Virus record (IMG/VR): IMGVR_UViG_3300042934_000110
Location: 1 to 43,089 of that record
Source: a virus
Reading direction: 5' to 3' (one strand)
Length of the DNA stretch: 43,089 bases
Shown here: positions 1 through 8,580 of the stretch, piece by piece
Position numbering within the stretch: the stretch's first letter is position 1
How the letters are laid out: each line of letters starts with the position of its first letter
Made by a program: the position numbers and the translations under genes
The notes under the pieces: generated by a model
The model's input: only the letters and a program-made list of their open reading frames with translations
Told to the model about the DNA's origin: nothing
The model's database searches: none

Positions 1-127
1 GGCAGCGGCATCGCCAACGCGGCAGCCGCCCAGGTTAAGGGGGCGTCTGTCGACGCCACCCTTAACGACATCGACCGAGAGTTAGCCGAGGCAGAAACCG
101 GCATCCAACAGAACTTCGAGGTCGGGC
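1..127. repeat. Exact 127-bp copy of 42963..43089 (contig-end overlap; circularly closed assembly)
   Basis: Compared base by base: positions 1-127 equal the last 127 bases of the window. The reading frame that opens at 42729 continues seamlessly through it. Confidence 0.95.
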
Positions 128-297
128 AGTACAACCTGAAACAGCAAGTGCAAATGATGACCCAATCCGCCAAGGATAGCCTACGCGGTCGCATTGACCC
201 CACCACCGGCCAACAGAACCCACTTGTTAACGGCCTATTGGCCGCTGGCTCTGCGTATGTGGGGCAAGCGTTCCGCTTCGGCTCCACATCTACTTAA
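1..297 (+). CDS. Internal virion protein A-like, 3' part of the wrap-around gene that starts at 42729
   Basis: Frame 1 is open from base 1 to TAA at 295-297 and continues the frame of 42729..43089. It sits between tail tubular B and the lysozyme-domain internal virion protein, as in phiKMV-type genomes. The joined product is 176 aa. Confidence 0.75.
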   Translation, partial: GSGIANAAAAQVKGASVDATLNDIDRELAEAETGIQQNFEVGQYNLKQQVQMMTQSAKDSLRGRIDPTTGQQNPLVNGLLAAGSAYVGQAFRFGSTST

Positions 298-306
298 GGT
301 ATTCCC

Positions 307-2931
307 ATGGTACAGCGCAATACACAAGAGTTCGATTTACAGGTGCCCGGTACGCAGCAGGTGCAAGGGCTCCAACTCGGCCCCGGCAAGGTTGAACGTT
401 CTGACTATACCGGCCCATCTGCGGGCTCGATTGCCTTGGATGGCCTGCTGTCAATTGCACAACAAGGAGTCTCCCAGAAGCTGGACCAAGAGGTACAGCA
501 GGCGTATCTCAACGGTACGCGGGCCAGGATGGCCGGGGAGTCCCAAGAGGCAGTGGACTCCGACATCTTTAGCGCGCCGTTCGTGAACGGCGGCTACCAA
601 GATGAAGACTACCGCATTGAGCAGGCGAACATGGCCCGCGAGATGTCGGAGCTTATCGCGACCAAGGGGCAGAGCATGTCGCCTGCGGAGTTCGGTAAGC
701 TCGTGCAACAGCGCGCCGGAACGTTCACGGGCAACTTTAGCAAGATGAGCGCCCAGGGCCAAACGCAGGCCATGGCTTCACAAGAGAGCATGGAACGCTC
801 CCTGTTCACCAAACAGGCAGGGGCGTATAGCAAGTGGTCTATCAACGAGGGCGCTAAGCGCTACTTGGTCCAGGGGAATCAAATCATCACCGACCTTGCT
901 GGTTCTGGTGATGACCCCGTGACCTACCAAGCAAACACCGAACGCGCTGCGCTGCTGTACACGGACCTCATGACATCCGACAAGCTCCCGGCAGAGATGC
1001 GGCAGACGGTCGCCGGGCAGTACCTGAGCGCGCTAGTAAACGCCGACCAGCGCCAAGTAGTCGAGCAGCTTCGCGACAGCGGTGCACTCAATGAGATGTC
1101 TTTCGAGGACCGTAAGGCACTGGATACGCAGCTACGGGAGAGCACCACCCGCACCACGGCGTTGGACTCCCTCGGGGTGATTCAGGACAACAGCGCGTTC
1201 GAGGCGCGTGTCGGGCGTGGTGAGGTGGGCGGCGATGAGCTGACCAGCTACATAGTGCGCGAGGTCGAGGCCAAGCGCATGACGTACTCCCAGGCGAAGA
1301 CCCTGCGGATGACCGCCATTAAGGGTATGGCAAACCATGACGACCAAGTGGCCCTGATGTCCGCCATCGGGAACCGTGACCCCGGCACCATTGCAGCGTT
1401 GGGTTACACAGTGTCCGAGGGCCTGGAGGCCATGGATAAGCAGCTTGCCAAGAACGGCGTAAGCGTCACCGAGCGGCTTAAGGCCGGTGTGTCTGCGGGC
1501 CTGTCCTTGGGCGCTATGCCAAAGTCCTTCGGGGACACCATCGGCCAAGGCGTACGCAGCATCGCTGCTACCCCATCCGGGGAGCCCATCCCGGCTGCGC
1601 TGGTGGAATCCATGAACGGGGTTATCTCTACGCTGACCATCGCGGAGCAGAAGAACCCCGGCGCCCGTGCTGTGCTCCTTGCAGCCATGCCGGATGACAC
1701 CAAGGCCACCATGTCGTACGTGCTGGCCCAGCAAGAGCACGGCGTGTCGCCTGAGCAGTCCATCAAAGAGTACACGATTAACCGCGATGCTTTCGCCAAG
1801 CTGGATGCGCTCGACCAAGGGTTGAAGACCCAGACGTTCCGCAAAACCTTGCTCGACCGTGTAGATTCGGAGGTGTACAGCGGCGTCACTGGGCGGCTGG
1901 GGAACTTCCTGCGCGGGGAGTCCAACCTTTCAAGCAACCCCTACCAAGCGGCTGTTATGGGCGCGGCGTTAACCGATGAGCTGACGAACATCACAAGTGA
2001 CCGCAACAACATGGGCCTGAATGCCGATAGCGCACTGGATTTGGCCGTAGCAAACGTGCAGGCCCGTACCATCACAGTCGGCGAGTCCGGGGCGTTTGGT
2101 ACCGGTGAAGTCCGTCGCGGGTTGATTCTGCCCCGTGGTGTTGATGTGGCCCAGGTGTTCGGTTCCACAGACAAACAGCGTATCGGTACTATGTTGTCGC
2201 AGGACTACCCAGCGGTGGCCGAGGGGTTCGAGTCGAACTTCGCGTTCAACAAGGCCACCGGGCGCTTGGAGAATATCCAACTCAACGACAAGGGCCAAGT
2301 GGTGCAGCGTACCGCTATCGACCCCACCGCCATCGGCAAGCGTATCGAGGCAGAGCAGACCCGTATCCTTGACGAGGCGAACGCCGCGCACTTCGGCGCA
2401 GCTATTGACATGGGCGGGCAACCGTTCCGCATCGACGGCGGGAACTCCTACGGCATCCCCGTGCGCATCGCGTACAACTTCCGCAAGGAGTTAACCGGGA
2501 TGGAGGGTCTCCGGTTGGAGGTGTACAAGGACCGCAACGGGCTCGCAGTCGGCGTCGGGCATAACGTGTCCGGGCAGATGAAGGAAGGGCAGAAGATTAC
2601 CCGCGAGCAGGCAGAGCAATGGTACCGCGAGGATACCGACCTCGCCATGCAACAGGGTACCCAACTGGCCCGAGAGCTTGGTGTACAAGACCCCAATGCA
2701 ATCGCCGCCCTATCCGGGGCAGTGTTCCAGCTTGGCGCGGAAGGTTTGAGGAAGCACACCAAGACCGCCGAGGCTATCCGTGCGCGAGACCTAGATGCAT
2801 TCGTGCGCGAGGTTAGTACAAGCGACTGGGCGAAACAAACACCGAACCGCGTTGAGTGGTTCGTACAGAAAATGGCGCCACACTTCTCGGGACTTGGTGT
2901 CCTGAGCAACACAAGCGCCCGCTACCAATAA
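307..2931 (+). CDS. Internal virion protein B with C-terminal lysozyme (GH24-like) domain
   Basis: 874-aa ORF with TAAGGT 6 nt upstream of the ATG. The C-terminal part contains MEGLRLEVYKDRNGLAVGVGHN (Glu-x8-Asp lysozyme-type motif) and ends in a T4-lysozyme-like fold signature. Position matches the peptidoglycan-degrading ejection protein of phiKMV-like phages. Confidence 0.85.
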   Translation: MVQRNTQEFDLQVPGTQQVQGLQLGPGKVERSDYTGPSAGSIALDGLLSIAQQGVSQKLDQEVQQAYLNGTRARMAGESQEAVDSDIFSAPFVNGGYQDEDYRIEQANMAREMSELIATKGQSMSPAEFGKLVQQRAGTFTGNFSKMSAQGQTQAMASQESMERSLFTKQAGAYSKWSINEGAKRYLVQGNQIITDLAGSGDDPVTYQANTERAALLYTDLMTSDKLPAEMRQTVAGQYLSALVNADQRQVVEQLRDSGALNEMSFEDRKALDTQLRESTTRTTALDSLGVIQDNSAFEARVGRGEVGGDELTSYIVREVEAKRMTYSQAKTLRMTAIKGMANHDDQVALMSAIGNRDPGTIAALGYTVSEGLEAMDKQLAKNGVSVTERLKAGVSAGLSLGAMPKSFGDTIGQGVRSIAATPSGEPIPAALVESMNGVISTLTIAEQKNPGARAVLLAAMPDDTKATMSYVLAQQEHGVSPEQSIKEYTINRDAFAKLDALDQGLKTQTFRKTLLDRVDSEVYSGVTGRLGNFLRGESNLSSNPYQAAVMGAALTDELTNITSDRNNMGLNADSALDLAVANVQARTITVGESGAFGTGEVRRGLILPRGVDVAQVFGSTDKQRIGTMLSQDYPAVAEGFESNFAFNKATGRLENIQLNDKGQVVQRTAIDPTAIGKRIEAEQTRILDEANAAHFGAAIDMGGQPFRIDGGNSYGIPVRIAYNFRKELTGMEGLRLEVYKDRNGLAVGVGHNVSGQMKEGQKITREQAEQWYREDTDLAMQQGTQLARELGVQDPNAIAALSGAVFQLGAEGLRKHTKTAEAIRARDLDAFVREVSTSDWAKQTPNRVEWFVQKMAPHFSGLGVLSNTSARYQ

Positions 2932-2940
2932 GGTACACAA

Positions 2941-5900
2941 ATGGCAGGTTCGTTGAGAGTAAAACCGGAGGATCGATTACCTCTGGACGCGTTGCAGAAG
3001 GCGCTGCACCCCGAGGTGGCTACAGGCTTGGACCAGTTCCCGGACGTAGACGGCGGGCCTGCTGGCGTGACGGTGCAGGAGAAGTACCAGCGCATCCAAG
3101 AGCAACCCATTGAGGCTGCCCAGGTCGAGGCTAACGACAGCCTCGCAGACAAGGTAAACGCCGCCGCGCAGGAATCATACACAGGGTACATTCTGGAGGC
3201 TACCGACCGTGCGTTCGAGGGGCAGTACCGCGACTACGATCCAACGTTCCAGGGCTCGCGTAGGGCCTTGGAGCTGGTCCAGCGTATGGGCCTGGAGGCG
3301 TCCGAGGAGAACTTAGAGCTGCTGGGTAGGGCAGGTACCGCCGAGGACCAGTTAGAGATAGCCCAGGGGCTCCAGCAGCACCAAACCAACCAAGAGATAC
3401 TGAGCCGCCACGGCGGTTACGCCCTGGCCTCGGGTATGCTAGACCCCGCGTCATTGGTGGCAGACTTCGCCACGTTCGGTACCGTCAAGGCCCTTAAGCT
3501 GGGGCGCCTTGCCTCGGCTGGTCTGGGTGCCACTGTAGGTACCGGGCTGGTGGGCGCAGCGGACGCAGCGGGCAAGAGTACCACCGGGTTTGACTACGTG
3601 CTAAATGCTGCCCTTATGGGTGGCTTTGGTGCCCTGTTCGGTGGCGGTGGTATTGGCGGTGCAGGTGGTGGCGGTTGGGCAGGTAGTATGCGTATCCCTG
3701 GCACGGACGGCAAGATCGCCCGTGCAGTGAACGCCTTTACGTCGGAGACCGACAAGCTAGCGAAGGCCACCCCAGAAGCTGGGCCGCTCATGTCCACGCT
3801 GGTAGATGACCCTGTGCGCCGAGACGGTCTACTGACCAACAACAACGCAGCGAGCTACCATCGCCGATTTACCAACGAGGCGGACGGGTACATGCAATCC
3901 TATGACTCGATGTTAGAGGACGGTTTGCGCGAGCAGCAAGGGTGGTCGTTTGTGTCCCGCAAGCTGGACCTGTCCGGCAAGTACGGGGCGGCCCGCGATG
4001 ACTTGAACAAGGAAGTGGCGGCAGAGCTGCTGCGGCGAAACGATGAGTTCCAGAAGTTCGGTAACGTGTCACCGGCCCCGCGAGGTAACCCGCTTGTGCA
4101 ACGGTTGGCCGATGAGAGCGACCGTATCCACGCGCGTATCGGGGAGCAGGCCAGAGAAGCCGGTGTACGGGGTTTCGAAGAGTTCACGGCACAGCCTGGG
4201 TACTTTCACCGGAGCTGGAACGACTCCCTTATCCGTGGCATGGATAACGCGGAGAGCGGACTACCTAAACGCCTTATCGCGCAATCCGCCCTAGCGGGTA
4301 TCAAGGGCATTGACGCAGACGATGCAGACGCCATCGCGACCGCGTTGATTCAACGCGTCAAGGACAAGGCGGCAGGCACCCGGTCGGACTTCCTCGGCGG
4401 CTTGGGTAAGACTGACACCGCATTCATCCGAGAGGCGCTGGAGCAGGCGGGTGTAGGGCAAGGCAGGCTCGATAGCATCATGTTCAAGATCGAGCAGAAG
4501 GCGTCGGACCAAGGCACCACCAAGTACGGTAAGCATCGCCTGAGCTTCGACATGACCGCCAGTATCAAGGGTGCGGACGGCAACATCTACCGCATGACGG
4601 ACCTGATCGATACCGACCTCGACAGGGTTATGGAGAACTACACCAGCAGCATGGCAGGCCGCATGGCGCTGGCTAAGGCCGGTGTGGCTGCGGATGACGC
4701 GGGCCTGGAGTTGTTCAAGCGGAATTACCTTGAATCAATCAAGACACTACCCCAGGCGCAACAGCAGGACTTGCTGTTGCAACTGGACGGCCTACTTGGT
4801 GACTTCACCGGCAACCGCCCGGAACCAAACGTACTAGGCCCTGTCGTGCAGCGGGTCAAGGCCCTAGCAGACGCGACCATGCTCTCTGGCTCCGGGTTGT
4901 GGCAGGTTGCAGAGTACAGCACCATCGCCGCCCGGCACGGCCTGTACGAGACTGGGAAGCAATTTATGAAGTCGTTCCCCGGCATCCGTAACGTGTTGAA
5001 CAACGCGAGGACTAACCCGGACTTGGCGGACGAGTTGCGCACTGTACTGCACCTCGACCTAGCCCGTGATATCCGGGTGCGTCCATGGAAGCGTCAACAC
5101 GACGTGAACTTGGCCGCAGGTGACACAGTGCTAGACCGGCTCCTGCACGCGGGCAAGCAGGCGGTACCGTACCTCAATGCCATGAAATACGTGCACGCCA
5201 ACCAAGCGCGCCTGAACGCCAATCTCGTACTAAACAAGATGGCCCGCGCCGCTAAAGGTGACGCCAAGGCGTTGGCGACTATCAAGGCGTACGCGCCCGA
5301 TATCGACTGGGCGAAAGTACAGGCCGCAATGCAGGCTAATGTTACATACAGTGGTAAGAACGCGTCGGCTATGAACTGGGCCGGATGGTCGCAGGACGCT
5401 ATAGATGAGACGATGAACGTGGCCCTGCGCATGATGGACGACACCCTACTTTTCGGCCGTCCAGGCCAAGGGGCATCGTTCGCCCGCTCCGCTGTAGGCC
5501 AAGTACTCGGCCAGTTCCAGTCGTTCGTTTCCTTCGCCCACAACAAGACACTACGCGGCACCCTCCAAAACGGCGGGCCGCGTGCCCTCGCCACCGTGCT
5601 CGCCTTTCAGTACCCGATGACCTTCCTAATGGTATCGGTGAACGAGGCGCGCAAAGGTGACTTGGATTTGTCGGACAAGGGTTTGCAGAAGGTCGCAAAG
5701 GGTGCCATCGGGTACACAGCCGGTTTGGGCTTTATCAGTGGCGCGGCGAGTATCGCCGGGCTGACCGGTGGCCGCGCAGGTATGTCCGTTCCCCTCACAG
5801 GGATCATGGATGCACCGGGGCGTGCCCTCGGTGGCGCGAACAAGATGTTTAACGGGGAGTTCCGCGAGGGGTCTGCCGATATTGGTAAGGCCGCAACGCA

Positions 5901-5967
5901 GGTACTTCCGTTCATAAATGCAATGCCGGGCACTGCCATGGTGCTAGATGCCTGGAAAGGTGAATAA
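2941..5967 (+). CDS. Internal virion protein C (large ejection/core protein)
   Basis: 1008-aa ORF directly after the lysozyme-domain protein and before the tail fibre. It has a Gly-rich hydrophobic segment (GGFGALFGGGGIGGAGGGGWAG). Assignment rests on size and synteny. Confidence 0.75.
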   Translation: MAGSLRVKPEDRLPLDALQKALHPEVATGLDQFPDVDGGPAGVTVQEKYQRIQEQPIEAAQVEANDSLADKVNAAAQESYTGYILEATDRAFEGQYRDYDPTFQGSRRALELVQRMGLEASEENLELLGRAGTAEDQLEIAQGLQQHQTNQEILSRHGGYALASGMLDPASLVADFATFGTVKALKLGRLASAGLGATVGTGLVGAADAAGKSTTGFDYVLNAALMGGFGALFGGGGIGGAGGGGWAGSMRIPGTDGKIARAVNAFTSETDKLAKATPEAGPLMSTLVDDPVRRDGLLTNNNAASYHRRFTNEADGYMQSYDSMLEDGLREQQGWSFVSRKLDLSGKYGAARDDLNKEVAAELLRRNDEFQKFGNVSPAPRGNPLVQRLADESDRIHARIGEQAREAGVRGFEEFTAQPGYFHRSWNDSLIRGMDNAESGLPKRLIAQSALAGIKGIDADDADAIATALIQRVKDKAAGTRSDFLGGLGKTDTAFIREALEQAGVGQGRLDSIMFKIEQKASDQGTTKYGKHRLSFDMTASIKGADGNIYRMTDLIDTDLDRVMENYTSSMAGRMALAKAGVAADDAGLELFKRNYLESIKTLPQAQQQDLLLQLDGLLGDFTGNRPEPNVLGPVVQRVKALADATMLSGSGLWQVAEYSTIAARHGLYETGKQFMKSFPGIRNVLNNARTNPDLADELRTVLHLDLARDIRVRPWKRQHDVNLAAGDTVLDRLLHAGKQAVPYLNAMKYVHANQARLNANLVLNKMARAAKGDAKALATIKAYAPDIDWAKVQAAMQANVTYSGKNASAMNWAGWSQDAIDETMNVALRMMDDTLLFGRPGQGASFARSAVGQVLGQFQSFVSFAHNKTLRGTLQNGGPRALATVLAFQYPMTFLMVSVNEARKGDLDLSDKGLQKVAKGAIGYTAGLGFISGAASIAGLTGGRAGMSVPLTGIMDAPGRALGGANKMFNGEFREGSADIGKAATQVLPFINAMPGTAMVLDAWKGE
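5336..5358 (+). promoter_or_regulatory. Candidate phage-RNAP promoter, copy inside the internal virion protein C gene (CTAATGTTACATACAGTGGTAAG)
   Basis: 19 nt are identical to 35276-35294 and 20 nt identical to 35203-35222. Confidence 0.5.
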
Positions 5968-8280
5968 ATGTCCCAAACCCCAACTACCGAAGACCTATAT
6001 GAGGGGGACGGTGTACAAACCGTCTTCGCCCTGACCTTCAGCTACATTGATGCCGACGAGGTGTTCGTAACGGTTAACGGGGTTAATACTCCATATACCT
6101 GGGTGGCCGGCAGCACCGCGTCTGTGCAACTTAGCGCGGCACCTGCGGACGGTACAGTGGTGCGGGTGTTCCGTAACACCAAAGCGTTCACCGTCCGCCA
6201 CGAGTTCGCAGGCGGCGTGCCTTTCCTGCCCCGCTATGTGGACGAGAACAACCGCCAGCTGTTATACGTTGCGCAGGAGACTGTCGAGGTTGCCAACGAG
6301 GCGCTGGAACAGACGCTGATTAACATCGGCATCTCAGACGAGGCGTTGTCGCTTGCGCAGTCGGCAGCCCTCGCCGCCGCCGCCGCCCAGGCGTTAGCAA
6401 CCGATGCTAACGCAGCGTCCACCACCGCACTGGATGTGGCTAACGCGGCATCTGACCTTGTTGGCGCACAAGCTGCCCTTGTGACCTTGGCTGTGGATAC
6501 TGCGCAGGCAGCGGACCAGAAAGCCACCGAGGCATTGGAGCTGGTTAACGAGGCAGGTGTTGCGAGCTTCAATACGCGCACTGGTGCCGTGGTCCCCGAG
6601 GCGGGTGACTACACAGACGCACAGATTACCTCTGGTGGTGGTACTGTGGCTACCAAGTTCGCGGCCCTGGCTGCGTCTGGGCATGTCGGTACCCTCGGGG
6701 CGCTCAACGAAAGCCAGCTCAATGACACTAACATCGCCTCTGGGCGGTACGCTGTCGTGGCCGCTGGGCTTGGCCTTCTGCCAATCAACGTGAACAGCTA
6801 TCTCGACGTGTATGACAACGCGTCAGCCGGGTTCGCCCGCCAGCGCGTTACCCCCGTAACCTCTAACCGAGAGTTCACCCGTAACTGTGTGTCCGGGGTG
6901 TGGCAGGGCTACATCGAGCACATCACTACCGACGCATCGTTCGTGGCGCACAAAACCGCCTTACGAGCAGTGCTGAAAGGTTCCGTCCAGGCAGTGACCG
7001 TTCTCGGTGACGCGGCTGCCGGCGATGGCGGCGGCGCGACGTACTACTACGACGCTGCTGATACCACATCTGCGGATAACGGCGGTTCTATCATCGTCGG
7101 TACGGATGGTGGACGGTGGAAGATTACCGACCTTGCGAACGCTACCGTGTTGGTGTTTGGCGGTAAAGCCGACAACAACTTCGATAACTCCCCAGTTGTA
7201 CAGCGTATGCTGACTGCCGGACTTCGCGAGATTGTGTACGGCCCAGGGGTGTACATGCACCGCTCGCCTATCACCATCCCCCAAACCACCAACTTGGCGG
7301 TTCGTGGTTCCAGCTTCCGACGCACGCAAATAACCTCCACCGCTGCGGTGGGGTTCGCGACGTACAGCTATCAGCGGGCATCCGGTGCCGGTGGTACTGT
7401 GACGACCTTCGATAAGCTGGCGTTCGTCTGGTCTGGTACCGCCCGTGCCGCCGGGTCCGCAGCAATCAAGTACTACGGTTTCAGTGACGCCTTATCGGAT
7501 AACTGGTTCCGTACTGAGGATTGCACGTTCCAGAACTTCGAGGCAGCACGTAACGCTAAGTGGGCCGGGCAATGCTACAGTACCCGCGACTTCTTTGCGA
7601 ATAACCGGTACGACAACTACATGTTACGCGGCTGTTCCTTCTGGTACTTCACGGAATGCATGTCCTTTAGCCCGACGTTCATATTCGCACAGGACACTAT
7701 CCACGATGCCTTCTCTAACGGGTTGTTTATGGATCAGTGTCACAACATCACAGCCGCTAACGAGTGCCTCTTTATCGAGGGGTGGCAGGCGGTGTTTATC
7801 GATCAATGTGGTTTTGACCTGGGCTCTGGTGGTGCGGCGGCGCTGTATTTCAACTGGTGCCAAGACGTATACGTGGACGAGTGTTTCATCTCGTCTAACG
7901 GCGTAGCTGACCGCGTTGGTGTTGTGTTCGTGAACTCCCACACCGGTGGTGTGACCAAGAGCACCCTTGTCAATAGCAAGATCGGTATCACTACCTCGCC
8001 TCCGGCTGGGATGGGTACTCATATTGTCATTGACGGCAACAAGTTCGAAGGCAACCGCGACAACGATGTACTCATGTACACCGGGAGCAAGGCGAACAAG
8101 GTTGTCAACAACCACTTCCAAACCGTGCCGAGTCGCACAGGTAGCAACTTCGAAGTGTACGCGAACACACCCGGCACTGATGGCAACATAATCGCACACA
8201 ACACCTTCCGGGGCACGGCTTACACCCTGTTTACCGGTAGCAACTCCATCACATCCCCGAACCTCTTCGGGGTGTTCTAA
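5968..8280 (+). CDS. Tail fibre/tailspike: T7 gp17-type N-terminal adaptor plus right-handed beta-helix (pectate-lyase-like) depolymerase domain
   Basis: The N-terminus MSQTPTTEDLYEGDGVQTVFALTFSYIDADEVFVTVNGV resembles the T7 tail-fibre N-terminal domain. It is followed by an Ala-rich coiled segment. VLVFGGKADNNFDNSPVVQRMLTAG and many Asn/Gly/Cys-ladder-like repeats are typical of pectate_lyase_3 tailspikes. Confidence 0.85.
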   Translation: MSQTPTTEDLYEGDGVQTVFALTFSYIDADEVFVTVNGVNTPYTWVAGSTASVQLSAAPADGTVVRVFRNTKAFTVRHEFAGGVPFLPRYVDENNRQLLYVAQETVEVANEALEQTLINIGISDEALSLAQSAALAAAAAQALATDANAASTTALDVANAASDLVGAQAALVTLAVDTAQAADQKATEALELVNEAGVASFNTRTGAVVPEAGDYTDAQITSGGGTVATKFAALAASGHVGTLGALNESQLNDTNIASGRYAVVAAGLGLLPINVNSYLDVYDNASAGFARQRVTPVTSNREFTRNCVSGVWQGYIEHITTDASFVAHKTALRAVLKGSVQAVTVLGDAAAGDGGGATYYYDAADTTSADNGGSIIVGTDGGRWKITDLANATVLVFGGKADNNFDNSPVVQRMLTAGLREIVYGPGVYMHRSPITIPQTTNLAVRGSSFRRTQITSTAAVGFATYSYQRASGAGGTVTTFDKLAFVWSGTARAAGSAAIKYYGFSDALSDNWFRTEDCTFQNFEAARNAKWAGQCYSTRDFFANNRYDNYMLRGCSFWYFTECMSFSPTFIFAQDTIHDAFSNGLFMDQCHNITAANECLFIEGWQAVFIDQCGFDLGSGGAAALYFNWCQDVYVDECFISSNGVADRVGVVFVNSHTGGVTKSTLVNSKIGITTSPPAGMGTHIVIDGNKFEGNRDNDVLMYTGSKANKVVNNHFQTVPSRTGSNFEVYANTPGTDGNIIAHNTFRGTAYTLFTGSNSITSPNLFGVF

Positions 8281-8289
8281 GGAAGTATC

Positions 8290-8580
8290 ATGGCAGCTAA
8301 GCAAAGTGTGCTTGCAGAACTGCACGCGCTGCTGGCCGGACAAATGATCGACGAGATTAACTGGTATCGGGAGAATGAAATCCCGGTACCAGCCGCCGAT
8401 AAAGCAGCGATTGCAAAGTTCCTCAAAGACAACAGTATTACTTGCGACCCGGCAGACGCTGGGGACTTGGAGCGCTTGCGTGACGAGTTCAAAGCGAGTT
8501 CACAAGCCCGCCGAGAGAAGGCTAAGCAAGCCTTGGCACTCAGTACGGAAGACATAATCGGATTGTACGGGGCGAACTAA
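8290..8580 (+). CDS. Terminase small subunit (phiKMV type, 96 aa)
   Basis: Small ORF immediately upstream of, and overlapping (TAATG), the large terminase. GGAAG RBS. Size and position are typical. Confidence 0.7.
   Translation: MAAKQSVLAELHALLAGQMIDEINWYRENEIPVPAADKAAIAKFLKDNSITCDPADAGDLERLRDEFKASSQARREKAKQALALSTEDIIGLYGAN

Noticed and set aside
194-586. 130-aa + strand ORF spanning the gene junction at 297/307
   Set aside because: It is out of frame with two well-supported virion genes, Pro/Arg/Ser-rich and has no RBS.
3600-3690. Gly-rich run (GGFGALFGGGGIGGAGGGGWAG) as a possible nucleotide repeat or slippery tract
   Set aside because: It is in frame within the internal virion protein C and looks like a glycine-rich membrane-insertion segment, not a DNA-level tandem repeat.
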